DNA of 64,000 nt, taken from the NCBI RefSeq assembly GCF_001194135.2, contig NC_068993.1, positions 54,108,861 to 54,172,860 of the forward strand, given 5' to 3'. Numbering within the stretch: the stretch's first letter is position 1; every line of letters begins with the position of its first letter. This DNA comes from Octopus bimaculoides. Lineage: Eukaryota. The notes beneath the pieces were generated by a model that worked only from the letters and a program-made list of their open reading frames with translations, had not been told where the DNA came from and did not search any database. Made by a program: the position numbers and the translations under genes. This document shows, piece by piece, positions 10,561 to 21,666 of this stretch.

Positions 10561-13017
10561 CACTGCTGTTCTTCTCAGCTTCGCTTCTGTCTTGTGTGCT
10601 TGAGCTGCTAACAGTGGCTTACACAACCAGTCAGTCAGATCACTTCGGACACTAATGTAAACTACAAAGACATCAGCAAAACACAATGAAAATTAGTTTT
10701 ATTGCGCTTTCCTCTTTTTGTTATGCGACCTTTTTAAAAATTCTGGATGAGTATACCGAGTTCAGCTACTGATATAAGAAAGCTAGACTTTAACAGCCCC
10801 TCCAGGAAGAAGAAAAGTTATACCCTCATCATTTTGTGTATATAAATATATATATAAATTTATATATATATAATTATATATATATATATATACACATATT
10901 TTGTACTGAGACGGAAGTTCTAACAACAATATATTAAAATAAAAAAATAAAAAAGGATCGTGGCGAAGGTAGAGTTATTAAAAATTTCATTTTCATCTGT
11001 GATCAATATTTTGTTTACATTGTGAAATGCAACATAATCTGCTTTATGGTTTACATTATAATTATTGTTAATCAGTGATTTTAAATTTGTATTTTTTGTC
11101 ATCAAAATATATTGCTTAAAATCCGTTCAGGTTGTGTCATAATCTTTGAAAAGCAATATTTTTTGTATTTGATAAAAGACCAGCCATGCTTTGCTCACTT
11201 CACTTCACTTCATCTCTACTTCAGATCAACTTTATACTGTCTTACATATTCCCACTTGCAAATATCTTATTGTTTTGTGATGGTTATTTTTGCGTGTGTG
11301 CAGAGACTTGAAGAGAGAGAGAAAGAGAGAGACATTGATTTTCCCACAATTTTTTTTTTATAGCTTCATCTTGCTAGCAAAGATATGGGACTTGAGGATT
11401 CTAACTGCTCTTAAATAAAATAAGAGAAAACCTTGCAGTCTTCCTCAAATATAAGCTCTTAGTGACTATTTTACTGCTTTGTATTCGTATCGGAAGTGAT
11501 CAATCGGTTCTTGAGAAGCATTTTTCAGGCAATATTTCATGTCAATAGCAAAATTCTTAGAATCAGTTTTTATCATTTACTCTTAGTTGACATATCCTTT
11601 CTCACTCATTGCAGTTTTAATTCTCTCCTTTTTACCCACACGAATATTTATCCTGTAACTTTTAATGTTTTAAATAGCCTTTTCTAACGAGGGTTACTTA
11701 AATTCCTAGAAGCGAAATGCTGTTAGTGGACAAAATTTGTATATATATTTGCTCTTGAAAGCCTTTCGTTTTCGAGTCTTAGCTGTAATCTCTTCGATGC
11801 TTCGGTCATAAAATCATAGGAAAGGTTAAAATAAAACCGCCTAATGCAAACTCATTATTCGAACAACTTTGTCCACATCACATTTTATCTATCCTAAACT
11901 TTGTTAATTTACCCTACAACAAATCTATATTTCTGTGTGAACAGACCTTCCCTCCCACTTAACCAAATTGTGGCGATTTTTTTACCAGATAATTAGGCAA
12001 AATAAATCACGCTTTCTATTTATCATGTCTAGTCTTTCATTAGATTAAAATAGGTGTTTTCTGAACCATATAAGAGTTCATGCATATACTGTTTCACTAT
12101 ATGTTATTTTGTTTCTCAGTGATTTCTGGTAGAAAATCTATTCTGGATTTCACTGTTAATATGGCCGTCTTTCTATATTTATTCTACACGCTGCTTCTTA
12201 AACAACAATTGGCTCTGTAATCCTCATATTTAAAGCAATTTGAAGCAGTCTTTGGCATTATAAAAAAACACATCGTTGTTGAAATTTAATATCAAAATAC
12301 ATTTTCTGTTTTAATTGCGCTGACTTTAGCCAGTTTCCCCAACATATTTACACTTTTTTTTTTTCATTTTAAATTCCGAAAATGGACGTATTTATACAGA
12401 TGGGAATTTAGAATATAGAAATTGGTTAACAAATTACCGAGGAATAAACCTGCATGAAATTTTCTTTGCAATTTGGCATATTTTGCGTGAGTAGTGGAAG
12501 TTGTAGAGCAACGAACAACGATTACACTATATTGTAACCACTTGAACAGGTTTACACACACACACACTGCATATCCGCGTAGGTTTTGAACCTATAAGCC
12601 ATTAGATCCCACTCTCCAATATGTTTACCCATTGTATGTATATATATAATATATTATAGGTGGGAGCGTTTTGTTTTATAAGGGCTTTTAAATGGTATTC
12701 TCTATAGGTAGCTGGTAGTATGTGATTATTACAAATGTACTAACAGAACATTAATACTTCCCCTCCCGCCGCCACCTAAGTCAATAAACATTCAAAAGGT
12801 GGCGCATATTTTTTAGGCAATGGAATCCTTCCTCAGCTGGGTCGAAGCTTGTTTGTTTTATTTTTTATTAGCCTCAAAATTGAACTATATATATACATAT
12901 ATAGTAGTAATATTGAGATTATTATCTGTTATCCCTAAGAGCAATAATCTCAGCACTTACAGTAAATGTTTATTCTAATTCTGTATTGAGTATTTCCTCT
13001 CTTGGTTTAAAATCAAA

Positions 13018-13167
13018 TATATATATATGTGTGTGTGTGTGTTTATATATTTATATATATATATATATATAAATATATATATATATGTGTGTGTGTGTAT
13101 ATATATTTATATATATATATATATAAATATATATATATATGTCTGTATGTATGTGTGTGTGTATATA

Positions 13168-13227
<60 letters not shown>

Positions 13228-13331
13228 TATGTTTGTATGTGTGTGTGTATATATATTTATATATAAATATATATATATATCTGTATGTATGTGTGTGTGT
13301 ATATATATAAATATATATATGTCTGTATGTA

Positions 13332-13368
<37 letters not shown>

Positions 13369-13422
13369 GTTTGTATGTGTGTGTATATGTATATATATAT
13401 ATGCATACACACACACACACAT
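13018..13422. repeat. Compound (TA)n/(TG)n microsatellite with higher-order unit
   Basis: Repeated block atatgtctgtatgtatgtgtgtgtgtatatatatttat. Confidence 0.95.
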
Positions 13423-13429
13423 AATATAT

Positions 13430-13615
13430 GTTTCAGTCATTGGACAGCAGCAATGCTGGGACATCGTCTTGAAGGGTTTTAGTCAAACAAACCAACCCCT
13501 ATACCTATTTCTTTTGAAGCCTAGTATTTTTATTCTATTGGCTGTCAAGAGATAGTTGGGGACAAACACGACGGGCTTCATTCAGTTTCCGTCTACCAAA
13601 TACACTGAACGCTTT
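13430..13615 (-). mobile_element. SINE family C, partial
   Basis: tttcagtcattgg..cagcaatgctggg...ttcagtttccgtctaccaaat. Confidence 0.7.
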
Positions 13616-14384
13616 AGTCGTGCACAATGTGCTTGAGTTTTTCTTTTACTTTCAGTTGTGTACAGTGTTTTCTATTTTTATTAAAGGCAGTAAACAAAAG
13701 AGGAAGATGCAGTTAGGTTAGCTTAAATCTTTTTTTCGAAATATTGATAACTTGTGTTTTTTTTTCTTTTTTTTTTTTCATCTGTTCAGTACCGTAGGCA
13801 GGCAGTGGTAACATCTTGAAGAAAATATATTATGAATTTATATCTAACCCCCCCCCCCCCACTGTTGGATATATGTCAGATATATTCGTCTTTGCTCGTT
13901 CTGTCTATCTTGGTTTTGGTCTTTGCATTTTGTCTGTCATTAGTTTCTTTAATATTACCAGTAATTCCTCTAATCAAACTATAGCAATTGTCCATCTTTT
14001 GATTAGTCAACGGTTGTCCATACTATCACATTGGCACCAGACTCGAAGATGCATTTGCTATAGCTTGGATATGGGAATTACTAGTTAATGTTGAAGCTAT
14101 CGTACATGACTCTTTACTGTATTATTTAATAAAGCTTTTGATTTTAATTAATGAACCTTGGCCTAGAGTTGACTTCCATCGGTAATCACTTTTGTGCATT
14201 TGAAATTTTTTCAGCCATTCCATGAGAAACCCTGTTAGATTTCTGCTATGAAATACTTTCTCTGCTTTTGAGAAAGATCCACTCTTGTAATACTCCCAAT
14301 CTTTACAGTATTACACAACTCTCCACACTTGAGCTCTGTCATCACTTCTATAATTTGTAATTAATTCTCCAGTGCCAGTGTCAT

Positions 14385-14587
14385 ATAGAAAGCACCCGTG
14401 CCTGTGTCCTCAATAAGGCACCCAGTATACTCTATAAAGTGGTTGGCGTTAGGAAGGACGTCCAGCTGTAGAAACCATTTCAAAACAAATGGCTGGAACC
14501 TGGTATAGCTCTGTGACTTGCCAGCTCCTGTTAAACTGTCCAACCCATGCCAGCATGGAAAATGGACGTTAAATGATGATGATGATC
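14385..14587 (+). mobile_element. SINE family A
   Basis: Same consensus with (ATG)n tail. Confidence 0.8.
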
Positions 14588-15119
14588 ATTTTGTGTAGAA
14601 AACAGAAAATTCGGGTGTGTCCAGTTTTGAATTGTACTTTTAAGGTTTTGGTGTAAGTTGTTTCCTCTTCTGGAACAGAACAATGGATTTGTGACTTGAT
14701 TGATGGTTTTGAAGAGGCAGTTTTTTTTTTTAACATAAGTGCCAGTTCAAATTAGGCATAATATTTGAGAAATTAGTTACAGGAGTTCTTTCGGATGTTT
14801 AAAAAAAATTTTTTTTTTAATTATTACTCTTTATTTATCTAGCATATATGTCTTAGTGGGGAAATGCTACAGAAAACTACAAACTGGGGTTTGATATATT
14901 AGTTATATTTTGTTTTACATAGATTTTTCTATTGATTTATGTTTTTGTAAGTTGGTTGTTCTGGTTAACATTGTTAAGAATGAGATTTATAGCTACATTC
15001 ATTGAAAACAATGATGTGCCATCAGCATATAAGTCAGTTTAACCAATTAATATGAAACTCTATGAAGCAAAATCAATTCTCTGTCAATTTTACATAGTAT
15101 TAATTTGTTTACCTACTTC

Positions 15120-15440
15120 CTAAATGCATCCAGAAAAGACTACTTGACTGGCATCAAGTCATTCATAGAAATGCTCCAGCATGTGGTGTCTCCTCACTCA
15201 GCCTTTCTACTGCAACTATAATGGCCCCTGCTCTTCAGAACTGGCTGAGCTGATGCCAGTTCAACGTACTTCTCTCTCCTCTACCCATCATTATTGTGTC
15301 CAGTACCCCAGGCTCTGCACTAATCATTATGCCTTACCTTTCCTTTCGAAAATGTTGCCCTTACTCCCACTCAAATTCCCTTTCTGTTCCTGTCTTTCCT
15401 ACTGGTGTTGACTTGTAAATGTTCAGGTGGAACATTGAGA
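15120..15440 (+). mobile_element. CR1/L2-like LINE 3' fragment
   Basis: FYCNYNGPCSSELAELMP...RLCTNHYA resembles the LINE ORF2 C-terminus YRYYNGxCSSEL. Confidence 0.6.
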
Positions 15441-15729
15441 TTTATCTCATTTGTCTAAAAGGGCCTATGGAGGTGACCAAGGCTCTACCAAAAAAGAAAT
15501 GTGAAATACTGCAGTTTTGCTTTCACCATTTCTTAGTTTTGTGAACTGTGTGACTAAGATTTTGTCTCACTTTCATCTTGACTGTACATTGTCATCATCA
15601 TAGTTGCTATTAACTCCAAGAAGCTTTCTCATTCAGCATGCCCCATTCTAAGAGATGAATTATTATTCTGACTTTAATGTTGTGAACTATGAATCTCAAC
15701 TTTACTCTGTAACTTTTTTTAATATTTAT

Positions 15730-15952
15730 ATCTTAGCATTTAAACTAGCCATGTCTGGCCCAAATATTGTACCTGCTTTACTTTCAAGCTGGCCAGATCC
15801 AGTCTCTCGCACTTACCCTCCAATGCCATTCTAAAAGTAAACAATCTCATAATTGAGATCTCAAAGCAACAAAATAATTCATGATTAATTCAAAGCAATG
15901 TGGAGGAATAAGCCTTATATTTCACAGAGTAATCTGGATGCTAAAGGGTTAA
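15730..15952. mobile_element. piggyBac-type MITE family 1
   Basis: ttagcatttaaac...tgctaaaggg-TTAA; multi-copy in window. Confidence 0.75.
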
Positions 15953-17025
15953 CCACATGATTTCGTTTTCAGTCCCAACAAAAGGCACCTTGGAAATCTG
16001 TCATGTAGGTATAAGTGTGTGTGTGTGTGTTGGTGTCTTATTTTGACCTTGCACAATAGTTGTGAATGAGTGCATTCATCAAACAAGTTGTCATTCATTT
16101 CCAATCTTCCATGAAAGCATGTCCAGCTATGGGGGAATATTACTTTGGTTGGGAACAGGTAGGGGTTGACGACAAGAAGGGCATCTGGCTGTCAAAAAAT
16201 ATGCTTCAACAAATTGTATCTGACTGATCATTAAAATGATGATGATGATGACCCTGTTGCAATCAGCTTTGTTATCAGATATTTTATTCCAAGATGTGTA
16301 CATAGTATCGGAATAGATTTGAAGTCAGAACCTTTATTTCTAAGTAATGCATTTATCCACTGGGTCACTTACACGTGTACAATTAATGTGACATTTTTAG
16401 GATGTTTGAATTTATTTATTTTTTTAAATAAAGGCAACCCTATTAAGCTGATGTTTTAATGCTGGGCTCACTGATGGGTTTTTTTTAAACAAGCTGTATT
16501 GCATCCTACTTCTTTATTTCTCTTGGTTTTCACTTAGAAAAATTAGTTTTTATCATTTATAGCTATTTAATTCCCAGCATTTGCTTAAAGATCTTACAAC
16601 CTGTGTGGGCCCCTAAAGGTCAGAATAGAGGAATGTTAAAAATCCTTAATGATGGGAGAGTCAAGAATTGCTAGAATAGAATTTCTTTGATAAAGAACCA
16701 CTGAAACTTTAAAAAAAAAAAAAAAAATTTAAACTAGACCATCTCTAAAATTATCATACCTTGCTCTCATTACTTCTAGTTTTGGTTAGGTAACAATTGA
16801 AGTACATTTAACATTAACTTTAAATAAAGATTGGAAATAGCATCAAATATGGGTCCTATAATATAGTTCAGTTATTGAAGTTTGTTTTTGTGGCAGTTTT
16901 TCTACCTTTTAACAGCTTTTCATCATTTTGGATCATCATCTTTAGCCCTTTAACATGCAAACCAGCCCAAATATTCTACCTGATTTATGTTCAAACCAAA
17001 AAGATCTTTCTTCTCGTACCTACCA

Positions 17026-17170
17026 TTCATCATCCTTTTTTCCATGCTGGAATGGGTTTGGACAGTTTGACAGGATCTGGTAAGCCTGAGGACTGCACCA
17101 AGCTCCATGTGTCTGTTTTGGCATGGTTTCTATGGCTGGATGCCCTTCCTAACACCAACCATGCCACAGA
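17026..17170 (-). mobile_element. SINE family A
   Basis: catcatc...ccatgctggaatggg...ggatgcccttcctaacacc. Confidence 0.75.
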
Positions 17171-17424
17171 GTGGACTGTAATGAAATATTTTCCCAAGGT
17201 GCTGCACAGTGGGACTGAACCCAAGACCACATTGTTGGGAAGCAAGCTTCTTAACTACACAGCCATGCCTGCACCTATCTAAATCACAAATCAGTGGTCC
17301 ACCAGCTTCTATGGTTACTCTTGTAATTCATCATTTTAATGTTCAGTTTTCTCTGCTGGTATGAGTTGAATAAGTAAGTCTGCAGTATAGCAGTTCCCTA
17401 CTCATCTCAAATGCATCGTGTCTT

Positions 17425-18178
17425 TGATTTTTTTTTTCTGTTACTATCACCCAGGACTCTTCATCAATTCATATTTGAGTTGTCTATTGATATCTAATCA
17501 GTAAAGTTTAATGTAAATGGAATTCACATCACCAGTAAAAGAAATAGCTGGCTTGAAAGGGACCCAAAGAGGTGACCAGAAGCAAAATGTGCCACTGTAC
17601 TGCTGACACTTCCAATCCTGTTTAGAATAACAAACTTTATTAAAATGTAACACTGAAAATACTGGGTTAAACTAATTTAACTCTTAAGCGTTTAAACTGC
17701 CCATGCCTGGCCTGTATATTCTACCTGCTTTATGTTCAAACTGGCTAGACCCCCGCCTCTCACACCTACTCTACAATGTTATTCTAAAACAACAAAATAA
17801 ACATAAAAATATTGAAGCTGTGAGATAATGTATGAATATCTTTTTTTTAGTAAAGAAGCATTACATTTGACAGTGTGTGGGATATGAAAGGGTTAAATTT
17901 GATGTCCTAAAATCCTTATCTAATTTACTTTGTTTCTATAACATGACCAGTCTATTAACCTTCCACAATCTTTTTACTTGTTCTATCTTTACACTGTGTA
18001 CCCTGGGAAATCTCTAACGTAAATTGTTTCTCAAACCAGCTATTTCTTTTACTGGTGATGTGAATTCCATTTACATTAAACTTTACTGATTAGATATCAA
18101 TAGACAATCACTAAATCAAATATGAATTGATGAAGAGTCCAGGGTGACAGTAAAAAAAAAAAAAAAAAAAAAAAATCA
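17425..18178. repeat. Long inverted repeat, arms about 17425-17556 and 18031-18178
   Basis: ggactcttcatcaattcatatttga...ttgtctattgatatctaatcagtaaagtttaatgtaaatggaattcacatcaccagtaaaagaaatagctgg and its reverse complement. Confidence 0.92.
17677..17896. mobile_element. piggyBac-type MITE family 1
   Basis: TTAA at both ends and the same internal sequence. Confidence 0.75.
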
Positions 18179-18409
18179 TACAGCACATTCTAAATAACCA
18201 ATGCATTTTTGTTAGTTGCTGATACATACAAAGTGATTTCCGCTCACATATTCTAGGTATCAGGTTATGAATGATCTGCTGTTAGCACTAGTGACTATCT
18301 TAAACAAGACAGTTGGTTCTACTGTTAGTTACACCAATACAGTTTACACACTCAGAGTATGTTTCTATTGTTGCTTTATATACACCTAATATACACTCTT
18401 TACTCACCA

Positions 18410-18575
18410 CATCATCAGCACTGTTTTCCATGCTGGCATGGGTTAGATGATTTGATAGGAGCCAGCAAGCCAGAGGACTTTCTGTGGTTTCTATTGCTGG
18501 ATGCCCTTCCCAATGCCAACCACTTCACTGAATGTACTGGGTGCTTTTTACATGGCACTTGCACTAGTGAGATCA
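18410..18575 (-). mobile_element. SINE family A
   Basis: Same consensus, reversed. Confidence 0.7.
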
Positions 18576-19414
18576 CCAAGTAACTCATGATTCCAAAATA
18601 TGTGACCATTTCTTCAACATTATTTAAGATTGAGGGTTTAAATTTTAATATGGTTTCTTCCATTGTGGAAATAATTATGAAGAAGAATCAGCATAGATTT
18701 AAATTGCTTTGGGTCATAATTTGGAAACTGCTGAACATCTTAATGGCTTTTTTTATTTCACTCTGCCTGGTTGTTTAACAGAAAGCTGGCTTTGTACCAA
18801 ATAGTCAAAAGAATATAATTGTTTTGTCCTAAATTTAATCAGACTTTTTTTTTTCTGCAATCTCTAACAAGATAATTGGAGTTCTTGGATTGAATTATCT
18901 GAGAATTTTCATCTCATTTGTTATTCCCAAACATGTTCAACGAATGTCTCATTTCATCAAACTCCCCCCCATCCACATGAAAATTACTCAGATAACTCTT
19001 ATTGTGCATTTACATGTGTTGTTGAAGGGGTTTTTTTTTTTTTTACATTTTTATCAAATACAAATTACATACCTATTTAGAAATATTATTTAAAAAAAGA
19101 AATGAGAAGATATTTTATCTGATGAAAGCTTTTTTTTTTTTTCATTTTGAATTTTTATTTCTGTGAGTGTGCCTTCCCAATTAGTGCCTGAGGCAGATTA
19201 TTCAAATTCATAAATCCATCTGTTTTGCAAACGTTACTGTATAGATCGTTAGATTTGTAATCAATCTTTGAAGAAGATGCATTTGCATGACATTCTTTGC
19301 ATTTGGTCTTTGAGCTTCTTTGTGTTATTTTGTAGAGATCAAATGTTGCATTTCATTTTCTTGCGCTTTACAGCTGATGTACCAATTATATACAAAATTT
19401 AGTTTAATTGATTA

Positions 19415-20601
19415 TTCTGGGTTGGCAAGAAAGTAGTTTCGGTTTTTTTAGTGTGAAATTTTTTTTTTTTTTTTTTTCATTTTGTTCGATGACCTTTTGC
19501 CATCCTTTGGCAACTTCATGATTCCGTGGCTCATAGAACTTCTGGTCCTTATCAGCCAGAAAATGAAGCATGTGCGATCTCAAGTTATCATCATTATTGA
19601 AAGTTTTACCATTCAAAGAATTTTGCAACCTTTGAAATAAATGGTAATCTGATGGTGCAGAGTCGGGGCTATATGGTGAATGTGACATCACTTCTCAACC
19701 AAGCTCCAATAATTTTTCACAAGTTTGCAAAGATGTGTGTGGTCTAGCGTTGTCATGGTGGAACATGATTCCTCTATGATTTGCCAATTCTGGCCATTTT
19801 TCTTTGCTTCCTCCAGTTTCATTAGTTATTGATTGTTTGGTTCCTTGTAATCTCACCAGATTGCCAGCATGATCTTTTTTTGATGCAATTCCGCTTTCAA
19901 TGTGGTTTGTGTTGGTTCATTGCACTTGGACCATGAATGTTTTTTATTGACATTCCATTTTTCATCACCAGTGATGATTTGTTTCAAAAAAAGGTTGATT
20001 TCATTGTGTTTAAGATGCATATCGCAAATATTGATTTGTTGTGTGAAGTGAATCTCTTTCAATTTATGTGGAACCCAAATATCGAACTTCTTAATGAGTT
20101 CAAGACATTTTAAGTGATTTTCAATTGTTATGTGTGATACATTTAACCTCTCTGCAATCTCTTGCACAGTTATATGACAATCTGATTCAATTATGGTTTT
20201 GATTCGGTCATCATCAACTTCAGTAGGTCGACCAGAATGTTGGTCATCTTTGAGTGAAAAATCTCCAGAAAGGAATTTTTAAAACCATTTCTGACATGTG
20301 CATTGTTAAGCTATCAACACCATAAACTTTGTATTTCTCTTTGCGAGCTTTAGCAGCTTTCTTGCTTTTACGGAAATTAAAAAGAAAAAAATTAAATATG
20401 GGGAAAATGTTCGTTTTTGCACTCCATGTTAAAATTGACACAGAACTAACAGCTGTAAACAAAATTACACAATTTGCTTCTAAAGTAACAGCTATCAAAT
20501 GTCAAAAGGAAAAAAATCATAACATTGACAAAAGTCATTTTTTAAAAAAATCATAACTCTACCTATTTGTGAAAAACGAAATTACTTCCTTGCTAACCCA
20601 A
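19415..20601 (-). mobile_element. Degenerate near-full-length mariner (DD34D) transposon
   Basis: Transposase motifs WVPHKL, IITGDEKW, FHHDNARP and YSPDSAPSDYHLF, with 34 aa between the 2nd and 3rd D. Imperfect TIRs gggttggcaagaaagtagtttcg / cgaaattacttccttgctaaccc, with TA at the right end. Contains frameshifts, stops and an internal deletion. Confidence 0.93.
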
Positions 20602-20634
20602 TATTTGGTAATTTGAAGAAATTTATTATGTTAG

Positions 20635-20845
20635 TTAATCTTTTTGTTATCATGTTTCTGTTGAAATGCACTGTTTTTGTTTCAATTGATTTGAATTTAG
20701 GGAAATAAATTGAGCTAGTGCTTGGAACGTAAATTACCATGGAATTTTTGATAGAAGGTTTTAATTTAGATCACTTTAAATGAGAAAGTTTGTACCATGC
20801 ATGCAGGGGTGGTGTTAGACAGATTGATATCAAAAGAGTAAAACA
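20635..20845. mobile_element. piggyBac-type MITE family 2, degenerate copy
   Basis: Reverse-oriented similarity to 46888-47116. Confidence 0.55.
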
Positions 20846-20949
20846 TCTTCTCCTAGTGCAAACTTTCTGTTGCATTTATGGTACATACTAAAATGATTCT
20901 TATATACTCTTAAATATGAAATTATTTTTGTCTTGTTTTTCTGCCTCGT

Positions 20950-21430
20950 CATCTGAGTATTTTGTTCAGTGACCATCTAATTGAGAGATATTTGTTCTTG
21001 TCTCTCTCTACCCCCTCCCTCCCTGGCTTTTCTTTATGTAGAGGAGTGCATGCTCAAAACAATAGTCTTTTCCTTCTATTTTTCCTGAGCGTAAACCTAA
21101 TACACTGTTCTTTTTACCTTTGTGTTTAATTTTTACACTCACACATGCCAGCTTAATTTATCCTTAGTTGAAAGACACCTGTTGCTTGTATTTGTAATTG
21201 TGTACCATTTCTCCGTTACTTTTTATTTCGTCCTTGTTTTTGTATACATTCGCTTGCTTTCTTCCAGAGAATCTAGTGCTCTTAGCTTAGATTTTCTTAG
21301 TACTGGCCAGATTAGAGCAGTCTCGAGAGTAACCAGCCGAAACTGCAAAGACAATCTGGTACTCGACTGGAGCTCGAAGGCTCCAAATGACCTGTCCTTG
21401 TTTTTCCTTGTCATTTTTTGTATGCTAGCC
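20950..21430 (+). mobile_element. Possible Penelope-like element remnant
   Basis: gaggagtgcatgctcaaaac and cagccgaaac resemble the GAAGAG..CTCGAAAC terminal motif of Penelope repeats; degenerate. Confidence 0.3.
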
Positions 21431-21442
21431 TTTTACAGTTAA

Positions 21443-21666
21443 TTAACCCGTTAGCATTTAAACCAGTCATATCCAGCCAAAATATTCTACCGGTTTTACG
21501 TTTAAACAGGCCAGATGTGGTTTCTCCCACCTACCCTACAATGTCATTCTAAAAATTAAGTTATCTCATTGAAATCTCATAGCTACAAGATAAGGCATAA
21601 TTAATTGAAAGTAATGTGAATAAATAAACATTACTTTTGACAATAACGTGAATACTAAAAAGTTAA
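21443..21666. mobile_element. piggyBac-type MITE family 1
   Basis: TTAA-cccgttagcattt...aatactaaaaag-TTAA. Confidence 0.75.

Noticed and set aside
10553-10660. Signal-peptide-like ORF with in-frame TGA, possibly a selenoprotein
   Set aside because: Read-through stops again after about 18 codons, with no redox motif, SECIS or downstream exons evident.
13027-13555. Several long ORFs on both strands
   Set aside because: They are translations of the TA/TG microsatellite.
14005-14185. 60-codon stop-free frame (VNGCPYYHIGTRLEDAF...) in intron 1
   Set aside because: No start codon, no convincing splice pair and no recognisable homology; expected by chance.
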